From: Longimicrobiales bacterium
Lineage (GTDB): Bacteria; Gemmatimonadota; Gemmatimonadetes; Longimicrobiales; Gaopeijiaceae
DNA: 64,000 nt
NCBI GenBank assembly: GCA_965197725.1
Contig: CBDANQ010000060.1
Location: 111,270 to 175,269 of the forward strand
Direction of reading: 5' to 3'
Position numbers and translations under genes: made by a program. Shown here one piece after another: positions 21,846-32,177 of the stretch (positions within the stretch are counted from its first letter, which is position 1; each line of letters opens with the position of its first letter). The notes under the pieces were generated by a model. It was not told the DNA's origin. It worked only from the letters and a program-made list of their open reading frames with translations, and made no database searches.

Positions 21846-22321
21846 ACGCGAGCCACTTTTCGCCCGACACGTCCGCGTTCATCGAGCTCCTCCACGCGCA
21901 TCGGGTCCGATATCTCATCATCGGGGGGGAGGCGGCGATCTTCCACGGCCACGTACGGCTGACGGGCGACGTCGACTTCTTCTTCGACCGGGATGCCGGG
22001 AACGTGGAGCGTCTCTACGCCGCCATCGACGAGTTCTGGGAGGGAGACGTTCCCGGCCTCCTGGGGATGGAGGATCTCGAGCCCGACGGTATCATCATCC
22101 AGTTCGGGCTGCCGCCGAACCGGATCGACCTGATCAATGCGATCGCGGGGGTCGGATTCGACGAGGCGTGGGCAGGACGCGTGGATGCCGTTCTCGCGAC
22201 CGTGGATGGTGGCGTGCCGCTCCCCTTTATCGGGCTGGAAGCACTCGTGAAGAACAAGCGAGCCGCCGGCCGAGCGAAAGACCTGGACGACCTGAGCTAC
22301 CTGACGAGGAATCGGCGATAG
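21827..22321 (+). CDS. Nucleotidyltransferase-fold protein (DUF6036-like)
   Basis: IIGGEAAIFHGHVRLTGDVD and NKRAAGRAKDLDDL motifs. Confidence 0.8.
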   Translation: MSSVRIDASHFSPDTSAFIELLHAHRVRYLIIGGEAAIFHGHVRLTGDVDFFFDRDAGNVERLYAAIDEFWEGDVPGLLGMEDLEPDGIIIQFGLPPNRIDLINAIAGVGFDEAWAGRVDAVLATVDGGVPLPFIGLEALVKNKRAAGRAKDLDDLSYLTRNRR

Positions 22322-22379
22322 CGTAACGCCGGACGCACGACGACGCGCCACACCTTCGGGGAGAGCGTTATCAGGCCAT

Positions 22380-22706
22380 CTACTCGCCCAGCCGTTCCGT
22401 CAACGCCGCCTGCGCCCACTGGTTGATCGATTGCCCGGATGCAGCCGCCGAAGCCTCGACCCGGCGGTGAGTATCCGGGTCAGTCCGTATGAAGATCGTT
22501 CCCGAGTAGGCGCGGTCGGGCTCGCGGCTGGCCTTTTCGCATGCCTTCAGGTATTCGTCGATCGCACGGTGGAACGAGGCCTCCAGTTCATCGACGCTGC
22601 GTCCTTCGAAGCCGATCGTGTCTCTCGTGCCGAGCACGTGGCCGTAGAAGAAGCGCGAGCCGTCATCATATTCTATTGCCGCGGGGTAGCCGCGGTACGT
22701 CATCAT
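22380..22706 (-). CDS. hicB: HicB-family antitoxin
   Basis: MMTYRGY, FHRAIDEYL, YSG..RT, SINQW. Confidence 0.9.
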   Translation of the reverse strand: MMTYRGYPAAIEYDDGSRFFYGHVLGTRDTIGFEGRSVDELEASFHRAIDEYLKACEKASREPDRAYSGTIFIRTDPDTHRRVEASAAASGQSINQWAQAALTERLGE

Positions 22707-22858
22707 CGGTCGATCGCTCCCGCTTCCGTAAGGAAGTTTCTGAGCCTCTTCGCCAGGCCTCGTCCGATCTCCGGACTAGGGCGCGGCCGGTCGTAGATCA
22801 GCCACACGTCGTTCAGAACCGCACTGCCGCTAGCGTCTTGGCATGCCTACGCCCTCAT
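22703..22858 (-). pseudogene. hicA: HicA toxin remnant with internal deletion
   Basis: N-terminal RRHAKTLAAV joined to C-terminal LNDVWLIYDRPRPSPEIGRGLAKRLRNFLTEAG; ATGA overlap with hicB. Confidence 0.7.
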
Positions 22859-22863
22859 AGTGT

Positions 22864-22882
22864 GCTAGCGAATAACTCTAGC
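22864..22882. promoter_or_regulatory. Probable HicB operator
   Basis: GCTAG-N9-CTAGC inverted repeat just upstream of the hicA start. Confidence 0.4.
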
Positions 22883-23200
22883 GTAAACCTTCGTCTAGGG
22901 CTCCGTTCCATGGATTGAACGGTGACCACCCCCAGGGCGCTGCCATGATCCGATGGGCTAATCGCCCGTGGATGGCGCTCTCGCGATGGTCGGGGCGGTG
23001 GTCGAGGTGATCTACGAGGGGCAGATGCTGTTGAAGGGGGGGTATGGATGGGGAGACCTCGAGTCACGATTCCGGGACCGCGATCGTTCCTTCGGTGTCG
23101 AAACACACGGAACGGAGCCACCGGAGGAGAGAGATGCGAGACCGTAGTCGATGTGGAGCTTAGGCCTGCTCCTGCCATCCTCCTCCTGCTCACCGCGTGC

Positions 23201-24657
23201 GAAGCTGACCCAGCCGTAGTTGAAGGTCCCTGAAGAGGGAAAAGAAAAGTGGTGGCTCCGAGGGTGCCCGATCCGATAGGATCGGGTGCGCTAAAAACCC
23301 AAAAACGGAGCCACCACGATGAAGAGAACGTACGAAGTAGCGAGTGACACGGACAGGCGTGCGATGGCTGAGTTCGTGAAGCGAGAAGGCCAGTTCCTGC
23401 TGCCGATGGTCGAGCTCGTAGAGCACACGGAGCTCGCGATCGACGAAGTCGTCCAGGTGATGGGCCGAGCGACGATCGAGGCGGTACTCGAGATGAGCGC
23501 CGAAGGTGTGGCGGGCCCGAAGCAATCGGGCAAGGCACGCGAGGAGGGGGCGACGGTCTGGTACGGCCGCCAGGGCGGTCAGGTCTACCTGTCGGACCGA
23601 AAGGTCCGTATCCAGCGGCCTCGGCTGCGTGAGCGGACTGGCGGCCAGGGCGGCGAGGTCGAGGTGCCAGCGTACGAGGCGATGCGCAGGCCGGGCGCCA
23701 TGGCGGACCGAATGTTGGAGATCCTGATGGCAGGTGTGAGCACCCGGAAATACGGCCAGGTGATCGGCGAGATGGCCGACACGGTGGGGGTGAGCAAGTC
23801 GTCGGTGAGCCGCGAGACGATCGAAGCGTCGGAGCGCGTGCTGAAGGAGCTGATGGAGCGGCGGCTGGACGCATGGGATCTGTTGGTGATCTACCTGGAC
23901 GGTATCCAACTCGGTGCGCACCATGTACTTGCGGCTGTGGGCGTGGACACGGACGGCAAGAAGCACGTGCTGGGGATGCGGCAGGGAGCGAGTGAGAACA
24001 CCGAAGTGACGACGGCCCTGCTGCAGGATCTGGTCGAGCGGGGTCTGGACCCCGAGCGTCGACGCCTGTTCGTGATCGATGGCTCGAAGGCGTTACGGAA
24101 GGCGATTGTTCAGGTGTTCGGCGCGGGCCACTCGGTCCAGAGATGCCGAAATCACAAGCTCAGAAACGTGCTCGCTCACCTACCGAAGGATCAGCACCCG
24201 CAGGTGAAGGCCGCGATCCGCGCAGCATGGAAGCTCGATGCGAGGGACGGCGTGCAGAAACTCGAGCAGCTCGCGCGGTGGCTTGAACGAGATCAGCCGT
24301 CGGCCGCAGCGAGCCTGAGGGAGGGGCTGGGTGAGATGTTCACAATCAACCGGCTTGGGCTACCGCCTCGGCTGAGGAAGTGCCTCGGCACCACGAACCT
24401 GATCGACAGCACCCACGCAGGCGTGAGGCAGAAGACCTATAGGGTGACGAACTGGAAGAACAGAGCGATGGCACTGAGATGGGCCGCTGCCTCCTTCGTC
24501 GAGACCGAGAAGAACTACCGACGCATCGTCGGCTTCGACCAACTCTGGATGCTCAAAGCTCACCTCGATGACCGCGAGCCGGTTGCCGAAATGAAGATGG
24601 CAGGTTAATCACGAAAGCCTCGGAGTCACCACCTTCAACTGAGCCGGGGACACCTTC
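23201..24657 (+). mobile_element. IS256-family element type A, complete (1457 bp)
   Basis: Imperfect IRs GAAGCTGACCCAGCCGTAGTTGAAGGT / GAAGGTGTCCCCGGCTCAGTTGAAGGT; 8-bp duplication CCGCGTGC. Confidence 0.95.
23319..24608 (+). CDS. IS256-family transposase
   Basis: GVSTRK, IYLDG, VIDGSKAL, QRCRNHK, TTNLID. Confidence 0.95.
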   Translation: MKRTYEVASDTDRRAMAEFVKREGQFLLPMVELVEHTELAIDEVVQVMGRATIEAVLEMSAEGVAGPKQSGKAREEGATVWYGRQGGQVYLSDRKVRIQRPRLRERTGGQGGEVEVPAYEAMRRPGAMADRMLEILMAGVSTRKYGQVIGEMADTVGVSKSSVSRETIEASERVLKELMERRLDAWDLLVIYLDGIQLGAHHVLAAVGVDTDGKKHVLGMRQGASENTEVTTALLQDLVERGLDPERRRLFVIDGSKALRKAIVQVFGAGHSVQRCRNHKLRNVLAHLPKDQHPQVKAAIRAAWKLDARDGVQKLEQLARWLERDQPSAAASLREGLGEMFTINRLGLPPRLRKCLGTTNLIDSTHAGVRQKTYRVTNWKNRAMALRWAAASFVETEKNYRRIVGFDQLWMLKAHLDDREPVAEMKMAG

Positions 24658-25074
24658 CCGCGTGCGGCTCGGCCGACCTACTCGGACCCGACGCCCCCCA
24701 GGGTATCGATGGGATCGTCCTCTTGGGACCGCAGTGTCCGGTACAAAGGCCCGGAAACGCCTGTCCTGACCTCCCTCACCAGGCGTGGATCGACGTTCGC
24801 CGCTCTATCGGCGGGTCCGTCACGTGCATCCGGTCAGGGGAAGACGGGCGATTCCGCGTCGGCCTGCGGCCCGGTAGGTACGTTCTCGATCCGGAGTCGG
24901 GGAACCCGTTTCCGACCGCGAGCGAGCAGGAAGTGGACGTCGAGGACGGTGTGTATGCGGAGGTGATCGTCAGCTTCGACACGGGAATCCGGTAGGGGAG
25001 GCGGAGGTGGCGGCGGCCCCCGGCGCGTTCGTCGATTCCGCCTTCAGCGGCGGGAACGAGCTCGGTCCGATGTC

Positions 25075-26304
25075 CTAGAGAACACTGCTCAACGGCACCG
25101 CGAGGACCCGTTCCGTAAGCCAATACGTGTCGGATCCCGTGTAAATTAGAATCCCTGCCGACGCCTTGTCGGCGTACTCGTCGAGAAAGGTGCTCAGGTG
25201 ACGCGCATCGTCTGTCCGGACGCTAGCCGCTGCCTTCACCTCGATGGGTAGCAGGCCGGTCGGCGTCTCGATTACGAGGTCGACCTCGGCGCCCTTGCTG
25301 GTGCGCCAAAACAGGATGTTGGGTCGTTTTGCCCTGGTCTCACGCCAGGTGAAGAGATCGTTCACCAAGAGATTCTCCAGGTGAGCGCCGCGAGGTCGAC
25401 GCTCCGCGCTGAGATGCAGGGCCAGACCGGTATCACTCCAGTAGAGCTTTGGACTCTTCACCAGGCGCTTGGTCCGGTTCACCGAGTAAGATTCAACCGG
25501 TAGCAGCTGATAGGACGCCTCGAGGAGATGCAGGTACCTCTGCGCCGTCGTGGGCGGTAGCCCGACATCTCTCGCCAGATCGGCCTGATTCATCACATTC
25601 CCGACACGCAGGGCCGCCGCCCGCGTGAGCCGCTGGAACCCCACGAGGTTGTCGATGGAGGCCAACTGCCGCAGATCTCGCTCCAGGTACGTCCGTAGGT
25701 ATCCCTCAAACCATGCTGTGCGCGCTTCTTCGGACGTCAGGGTCAAGGCGGGGTCCGGGTAGCCTCCTCGCAGGGCTAGGTCCATCCACGAGGTGGCGCC
25801 CGGGCTGTCGACTGACTCGAGCGGGCTCACCCACTGCTCGGTGGGTTGGTCTACCAACGTATCCCACGTACCTGCCGCGCCTCCGCCGGCGACCTCGTTG
25901 TGCGTCATGGGCCACAGCGTCACGTACACGGCTCGACCTGCCAGCGTCTCTGAGACGCCCTTCAATAGCTCCAGGTTGGCCGAGCCCGTAAGTAGGAACT
26001 GTCCAGGTATCCGCTCGGCGTCCACGGCTCGCTTGATGGCGAGAAGGAGATCTGGAGCACGCTGCACTTCATCGAGGGTGAGACGTGGGCCGCGCGAGAC
26101 GAGTTGGTCAGGAGCGCGCTGGGCTTGATCCAGAACGCTCAGGTCATCGAGGGTCAGGTAGAGCCGATCTGACCCGCCGAGCTCTTTCGCAAGCGTGCTC
26201 TTTCCGGTCTGCCTTGCGCCAGTGACCACAACGACCGGAAACGTCGCCAACCGCGCCTGCAGGACGGAGTGCACCGCCCGCCGCACATACGGGGGCCGGG
26301 TCAT
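25075..26304 (-). CDS. AAA_14 ATPase with DUF4143 domain
   Basis: GARQTGKST, LDEVQ, LTGSA, GGYP, PKLYWSDTG, EVDLV..PIEVK. Confidence 0.9.
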   Translation of the reverse strand: MTRPPYVRRAVHSVLQARLATFPVVVVTGARQTGKSTLAKELGGSDRLYLTLDDLSVLDQAQRAPDQLVSRGPRLTLDEVQRAPDLLLAIKRAVDAERIPGQFLLTGSANLELLKGVSETLAGRAVYVTLWPMTHNEVAGGGAAGTWDTLVDQPTEQWVSPLESVDSPGATSWMDLALRGGYPDPALTLTSEEARTAWFEGYLRTYLERDLRQLASIDNLVGFQRLTRAAALRVGNVMNQADLARDVGLPPTTAQRYLHLLEASYQLLPVESYSVNRTKRLVKSPKLYWSDTGLALHLSAERRPRGAHLENLLVNDLFTWRETRAKRPNILFWRTSKGAEVDLVIETPTGLLPIEVKAAASVRTDDARHLSTFLDEYADKASAGILIYTGSDTYWLTERVLAVPLSSVL

Positions 26305-26399
26305 TTATCATCCATTGTGTGGGTGATATACACCCATATAATGGGGGATTTGGAAGTGGGGTGCAAGCACCATGGCAGCCGTGCCGTCCTGGAGATTAT

Positions 26400-26590
26400 G
26401 CCACCCCGACTTCCAGGGAAGCTTCAGCATCGGGTACATTCTCAAACCGCTCGTTCCGGAGCTGAGCTACAACGATCTGGTCATTGTCGACGGGCTCCTG
26501 GCGAGCGTGGAGATCGCCCGTCTACTATTTGTCGCGGGCAGGATCCCCCCGGATGAGCGGGATAGAATTCGCCAAGACCTGCTCGACTAC
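26400..26590 (+). pseudogene. C-terminal fragment of a DUF2779-like protein
   Basis: HPDFQGSFSI..L..LVPELSY.DL...LLDY; no N-terminus. Confidence 0.5.
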
Positions 26591-27367
26591 TCCGGCCTCA
26601 GGCCACCAGATCGCACCTTCGAGAAGGACCTGGGGGTCCGTTGCTCGCTCGAGAGCCTCCAACTCCGACGTGTGGCGAGACATAACCATCGCCGAGACGG
26701 CGGCGTCGAACGCGTCCTCGCTCGAAGCCGCCAGGTCGACCATCGCCCGCGGGAGCTCCGGGAACGCGCGCCGAAGATAAGCCAACCGGCTGTCGTGGCT
26801 CGACTTCACGACCGCTCCGGTGAGCAGTCTCGGATAGATCTCGATCACCGTTGGCCGCGTCGGCTCGTGGAACGGCCAGATCGAGAAACCCGCTGCGTGC
26901 AGCATGCCGAGACAAGGCATACCGCGAAGCGATCCCGTACCGACGGCGCCCGCGCCCCCGATCTGGAAGACGCTCTTGGGCGATGATCCGCCCATCCGGG
27001 GCGATTCCATTTCCGTGCGCCTGAAGTGCTCGCGCGACTCCGGCTTCTTCCTTCCAGGTCTGCCCCAGAACGGTGCCTCACATTCCGCGAGCCACGCCTC
27101 GCCCTCCTCCGCCACGAGCCCCCATAGATCTTCGACCCGCTTCAACCCGCTGTGGCGGAAGAACCACAGGGGCACCGAGAACGCGAAGTCGAAGCCGACG
27201 AGCAGATCGAAGTCGCGCTCGGCTTCCGCGAGGAGCTCGTCGACGATCTGCTCGCGAGATCGTCCAGACTCGAGACGTGTAAGTCGGCCGTCGCGCACCT
27301 GGGCCAGCCAGATCTTCGATCTGGCGCCCTGCTTTGCGCCGGACCAGTCGATGGCGATGTGCCTCAT
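26525..27367 (-). CDS. RNase H-like fold hypothetical protein (DUF429-like)
   Basis: IAIDWSG, VGFDFAF, IEIYP, DAFDA acidic motifs. Confidence 0.65.
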   Translation of the reverse strand: MRHIAIDWSGAKQGARSKIWLAQVRDGRLTRLESGRSREQIVDELLAEAERDFDLLVGFDFAFSVPLWFFRHSGLKRVEDLWGLVAEEGEAWLAECEAPFWGRPGRKKPESREHFRRTEMESPRMGGSSPKSVFQIGGAGAVGTGSLRGMPCLGMLHAAGFSIWPFHEPTRPTVIEIYPRLLTGAVVKSSHDSRLAYLRRAFPELPRAMVDLAASSEDAFDAAVSAMVMSRHTSELEALERATDPQVLLEGAIWWPEAGVVEQVLANSIPLIRGDPARDK

Positions 27368-27427
27368 TCGGTGAGGGTGGGTTGGGGCGGCGAAGGCGGC
27401 ATTCGGAGAGCGACGCGACTCCGGGCG

Positions 27428-28096
27428 TTATTCGGAGGACTCCGTCGACCTACGTCCTCTCATCCACCAGCGCAGCGCCACGAAAAGGGCCGCAGACTCT
27501 CCTGCGATCCATCCCCACCACGGGTAGCTCATCGCCGGTAGCGGGACCTCCTCCCCCAATCGTGTCACCCCGGCCAGCGCGGAGGGCACGATGAACGTCG
27601 CGAGCAACACGCAGCCCGCCGCTGCCATGAGTGACCATTCCCACGCACGAGGCGCGATGGCTCTGTAATCCATCGGCCACAGCGCCCAGGCCGCCGCCGA
27701 CATGGAGAGGGCGATCAGCGACGGGGCCCACACCGGTCCGATCCAGACGACGGGGATGAGGAAGAGCACATCCGGCTCGACGAGAGACGCCGGCCAGCCC
27801 AGCAGGATCCACAGTCCGACGTAGTACACGATGTCCCACACCCCGAAGACGAGCGCGAAGCCGGTCAGTGTCTGCCAGCTGGAGCGGGCCGCCGCCCACG
27901 CGATGGCGAAGATCATGACGAGGGTCGCGGCTTCCCGGCCGATCTCCACGGCCAGGTTGCCGGCGTCCATGGGCTTCAGCGGAAAGGAGAATCCCTCGGG
28001 ATAGTAGATGGCGCGAAGATAGACGACGACCGCGGCTTCGAGATAGCCCATCGCGACGGCGTAGAGAAGCAGAGCTGCCCGAGGGCGGTTGAACAT
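27428..28096 (-). CDS. Conserved integral membrane protein
   Basis: AMGYLEAAVVVYLR, EIGREAATL, WDIVYY, DVLFLIP; multi-TM. Confidence 0.75.
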   Translation of the reverse strand: MFNRPRAALLLYAVAMGYLEAAVVVYLRAIYYPEGFSFPLKPMDAGNLAVEIGREAATLVMIFAIAWAAARSSWQTLTGFALVFGVWDIVYYVGLWILLGWPASLVEPDVLFLIPVVWIGPVWAPSLIALSMSAAAWALWPMDYRAIAPRAWEWSLMAAAGCVLLATFIVPSALAGVTRLGEEVPLPAMSYPWWGWIAGESAALFVALRWWMRGRRSTESSE

Positions 28097-28175
28097 CCGG
28101 GATGCCTCCGGGCACGGAGCACGCGTTGGCAGTGGGGCGCCCAATGTGGCAACACCCCTCGGGAAAGTCTAGCAC

Positions 28176-28215
28176 TTGACAACGCCTCCCCGTTCGTACA
28201 TACTAATCGGTATGT
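28176..28215 (+). promoter_or_regulatory. sigma70-type promoter overlapped by a TetR operator
   Basis: TTGACA (28176), 17-bp spacer, CATACT (28199); palindrome ACATAC-N6-GTATGT at 28198-28215. Confidence 0.65.
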
Positions 28216-28847
28216 TAACGAAAGAGACCATCGCGACCCCGATACTGAGCCGCACCCGTGATCCCGAGGGCACGCGAGCGCGAATCGTGGAAAACGCGTT
28301 CAGCGAGATCCACGCCCACGGGTACGCGGGAGCGAGCCTCGAGCGCATTCTGGCCAACTCTGGGGTCACGAAGGGTGCGCTGTATCACCACTTCAAGAGC
28401 AAGGCCGACCTACTGCACGCGGTCATGGACCACGCGATCCGGCCGATGGTCATGGAGCTATGGTTGGCGCCTCTCGAGCAGTCCGACGATCCGATCCGCG
28501 GGCTGGCCGAGTCGATCCGCGCGGTGTTGGGAGCCTCCACACCGGAAGGGCAGCGGTGCGGGTGCCCGCTGAACAACCTCACGCAGGAGCTCGCGGGTGA
28601 GGACGAGGCCTTCAGGAAACACCTCGACCGAATCGCGGATGACTGGAGGGCAGGCATCGAGGCGGCGTTCGAACGCGGTCAGGAAGCCGGGAAAGTCCGC
28701 AAGGATGTGGACCCCGCCGCCGTGGCGAGCCTGGTGTTCGCCACCTACCAGGGTCTTATCGGTTCGGTGAAGACCTCGCGGGACCTCGAGGCCGTGATGG
28801 CCGGAAGCGCGATGTTCCTGGACCTTCTCGAACGACTAAGACCGTAG
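28212..28847 (+). CDS. TetR/AcrR-family regulator
   Basis: HTH GVTKGALYHHFKSKADL; GCPLNNL. Confidence 0.92.
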   Translation: MLTKETIATPILSRTRDPEGTRARIVENAFSEIHAHGYAGASLERILANSGVTKGALYHHFKSKADLLHAVMDHAIRPMVMELWLAPLEQSDDPIRGLAESIRAVLGASTPEGQRCGCPLNNLTQELAGEDEAFRKHLDRIADDWRAGIEAAFERGQEAGKVRKDVDPAAVASLVFATYQGLIGSVKTSRDLEAVMAGSAMFLDLLERLRP

Positions 28848-28852
28848 CACGT

Positions 28853-28882
28853 GCCCCGCGAACTTCGTCGCGGGGTGCTTTT
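28853..28882 (+). terminator. Rho-independent terminator
   Basis: CCCCGCGA-loop-TCGCGGGG stem followed by TTTT. Confidence 0.6.
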
Positions 28883-28892
28883 GTATTATGTA

Positions 28893-28910
28893 ACATACCG
28901 ACTAGTCGGT
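28893..28910. promoter_or_regulatory. Second TetR operator
   Basis: ACATACCGACTAGTCGGT matches the reverse complement of site 1 at 15/18 positions. Confidence 0.55.
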
Positions 28911-28928
28911 TTCTAAGGAGACAATAGG

Positions 28929-31293
28929 ATGAATGAGATGACGAACGGCTCTCCCGGACGCGCAGACCGCTACACGCGCTGGATCATCCGGAACCGGTGG
29001 TGGGTCGTGCTGAGCGCCTTGCTTGTGACGATGCCTTTGGGAACAGGCATGTCCAAGCTGGGGCTGGCGAACGACTACCGCGTCTTCTTCAGCGAAGACA
29101 ACCCCGATCTGAACGCCTTCGAGGCGGTCGAGAACATCTACACGAAGAACGACAACGTGCTGTTCATCGTGAAGCCCAGGGCGGGCGAGGTATTCACGGC
29201 GGCGAATCTCGAGGTGATCCGATCACTCACCGAAGACGCATGGCAGATCCCGTTTTCGACGCGCGTCGACGCCATCACGAACTTCCAACACACCTGGGCG
29301 GACGGCGACGAGCTGATCGTCGAAGACCTCGTGGGGCGTGGGGAGATCACGCCGGAGATAGTGGCGCGCGCCCGGCGCGTCTCGCTCGCGGAACCACTGC
29401 TGACGGGACGGCTCATCGCGCCTGACGCGCGCACGACCGGTGTGAACGTACGCATCTCGTTGCGGGGTGAGGCTGTCGACTAACTGGCCCAGACCGTGGC
29501 GTACGCTCGCGGCCTGGTCGCCGAGTACAGCGAGGCGCATTCGGAGTTGGAGATCCAGGTGGGGGGCCTGTCCATGCTCAACTGGGCCTTCGCCGAGGCG
29601 CCCATGCGGGATATGCCCGTCGTGATGCCACTGATGTTCCTGATGTTCACTATCACGATGGGGCTTTTCCTGCGTTCCGTCACCGGGCTGGTGGCGACGC
29701 TTGCTGTGATTGGATTCTCCACGGCGGCCGTGTTGGGAATCGCGGGGCACATGGGTGTGTTTCTGGATCCGACCAGCCGCGTCGGCGCCCACGATCATCT
29801 TGACGCTCGCCGTGGCGGACTCAGTGCACATCTTGGTATCGCTGCTCCAGTCGATGCGCGCGGGCAACCCGAAGCTGGACGCTCTGGTCGAGGCGATACG
29901 TGTCAACGCGCAGCCGGTCTTTTTCACCAGCCTTACCACGGTCGTCGGCTTCCTGACACTCAACTTCAGCGACTCGCCGCCGTTCCGGCTGCTCGGCAAC
30001 CTGACCGCATCAGGCGTGATCTTCGCCTGGATCTTCTCGATGACGGTGCTGCCTGCGCTGGTCGCCATCCTGCCGGTCAAGCAGCCCCGCGAGAGCGGCA
30101 GCCGCGTGAACGCGTGGCTCGACCGCCTCAGCGAGATGATGGTGGTCCGTCACCGGACGGTCCTGGCGGGCATGGCCGTGGCCACGGTGGGTCTGTCCTT
30201 CGCGGTGACCACGCTGGAAGTGAACGACCACTTCATCGAGTACTTCTCCCCCAAACTCGAAATCCGTAGGGCCAGCGACTTCGGGATCGAAAACCTGACG
30301 GGCTTCTACGGCGCAACGTTCTCACTCGAGGCCGGTGGCTCGCAGGAGGTGAGTGATCCCGAGTATCTGGCGACGGTCGACGAGTTCGCGGACTGGCTCG
30401 ACGCCCGTCCGAACGTGGTGCACGTGAACAGTTTCACGCGAACCATGAAGCGTCTGAACATGAACATGCATGCCGACGATCCGGCCGAGTACGGGCTGCC
30501 GACCGAACAGGAGCTGGGTGCCCAATATCTGCTTCTGTATGAGCTGTCGCTCCCCTACGGCCTGGATGTCAACGACCAGATCGACCTGGACAAGAGCTCG
30601 CTCCGGGTGGACGTCACCTACGGCGACGTGGACGTGAAGATCGTCGAGCAGGAAGTGGCGTTGGCCGAAGCGTGGCTGGCCCGAAACGGAACGGCGACCA
30701 TGCGGTCGGCGCGGGCTACGGGCACGCCGTTGATGTTCGCCAAGATCACGCGGCGCAACATCGCCTCCATGCTGCTGGGCACGGGCCTCGGGTTCGTTCT
30801 GATCGCGGGCATTCTGGTGATCGCGCTGAAGAGTGTGCGGCTGGGCGTGATCAGCCTGATGCCCAACGTGCTTCCGGCGGCGATGGCCTTCGGCGTGTGG
30901 GCGATGCTCGTAGGCCAAGTCGGCTTCGCGGTATCGATCGTCTCGGGCTTGTCCATCGGAATCGTCGTGGACGACACGGTGCACTTCCTCAGCAAGTACC
31001 AATACGCCCGCCTCACGATGGACGCGGCTAATGCGGTGCGGTACGCCTTCCGGATGGTCGGGCCCGCCATCCTCGGCACCACGCTGATCGTGGCCGTCGG
31101 TTTCGCGATGCTCGGACTGAGCACATTCCGCGTGACCTCCTACATGGGCCTGCTCACCTCGCTCACCGTAGTGTGCGCCCTGGTGGTCGATTTCTTACTC
31201 CTCCCGGCGATCCTGCTCACGTTCGACCGGCGTGCAGTGAAGTACCCCCTTCCGAACGCCGTCCTCGTGGGCGTCGCGTCCGGCGCGGACTGA
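28929..31293 (+). CDS. MMPL/RND-family transporter (in-frame TAA at 29481 and frameshift near 29775)
   Basis: AVADSVH, FTSLTTVVGF, GIVVDDTVHF motifs spread over three ORF pieces. Confidence 0.85.
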
Positions 31294-31337
31294 TCCCCCT
31301 GATGACAACGAAACCCCAATTGAGAGGATGACGAACG

Positions 31338-32165
31338 ATGAATGCGACGATAAAGACGAAAATGATGCGGACGGCGATGTCGACCGTTCTGATGGCTGCG
31401 GCCATGATCACCTTCGCGGACGACGCGCGAGCTCAGGATTCCGCAGAGGTACGAGGCCGAGCGATCGCGGAGGAAGCGGACAAGCGCGACTACGGCTGGG
31501 GCGACAATTCCACCACGATGCGCATGGTGCTGCGGAACCGGAACGGCGACGAGAGCGTGCGTGAGATGCGTAGGCGGGCTCTCGAGACCAACGAGTCCGG
31601 CGCTGGCGACAAGAGCGTGATCACGTTCGACGCGCCGCGTGACGTGGCCGGAACGTCGCTCCTGTCGCACACGAAGATTCTGGATCCGGACGACCAGTGG
31701 CTCTTCCTACCGGCTCTGAAGCGCGTGAAGCGCATCTCCTCGGCCAACAAGTCCGGGCCGTTCGTGGGCAGCGAGTTCGCCTATGAGGACCTCGTCTCCC
31801 AGGAGGTCGACAAGTACGACTATCGCTTCGTGGGCGAGGAGGCATGCGGCGATCTGGAGTGTTACGTGGTTGAGCGCCTGCCGCTGTACGAGAACTCGGG
31901 TTACACGAAGCAGATCGTGTGGTGGGACAAGGACGAGTACCGCGTGCAGCGCATCGATTTCTACGATCGCAAGGATGCCTTGCTGAAGACGCTCATCTAC
32001 CACGGCTATGAGCAGTACCTCGGCCAGTATTGGCGCCCGAACCTGATGGCGATGGAGAACCACCAGAACGGCAAGAGCACCGACCTGGTGTTCAGCGAGT
32101 GGACGTTCGGTAATGGGTTCGCCGACGGCGAGTTCACGCCATCGCGTCTCCGCCGCGGGAGGTAG
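31338..32165 (+). CDS. LolA-like outer-membrane lipoprotein-sorting protein
   Basis: PRDVAGT, DDQWLFLPALKRVKRI, FVGSEFAYED. Confidence 0.88.
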   Translation: MNATIKTKMMRTAMSTVLMAAAMITFADDARAQDSAEVRGRAIAEEADKRDYGWGDNSTTMRMVLRNRNGDESVREMRRRALETNESGAGDKSVITFDAPRDVAGTSLLSHTKILDPDDQWLFLPALKRVKRISSANKSGPFVGSEFAYEDLVSQEVDKYDYRFVGEEACGDLECYVVERLPLYENSGYTKQIVWWDKDEYRVQRIDFYDRKDALLKTLIYHGYEQYLGQYWRPNLMAMENHQNGKSTDLVFSEWTFGNGFADGEFTPSRLRRGR

Positions 32166-32177
32166 GGGGCTGTATTC

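Larger units (their letters stand above)
23153..24995 (+). pseudogene. Small lipoprotein gene interrupted by IS256
   Basis: ELRPAPAILLLLTAC / GSADLLGPDAPQGIDGIVLLGPQCPV... rejoin in frame when the IS and one duplication copy are removed. Confidence 0.8.

Noticed and set aside
22321..22375. attC-like GCGTAAC...GTTATCA after the nucleotidyltransferase
   Set aside because: Poor match to RYYYAAC/GTTRRRY and no convincing stem
29481..29483. Stop-codon recoding in the MMPL gene
   Set aside because: The stop is TAA, which also ends other genes here; a point mutation or error is more likely
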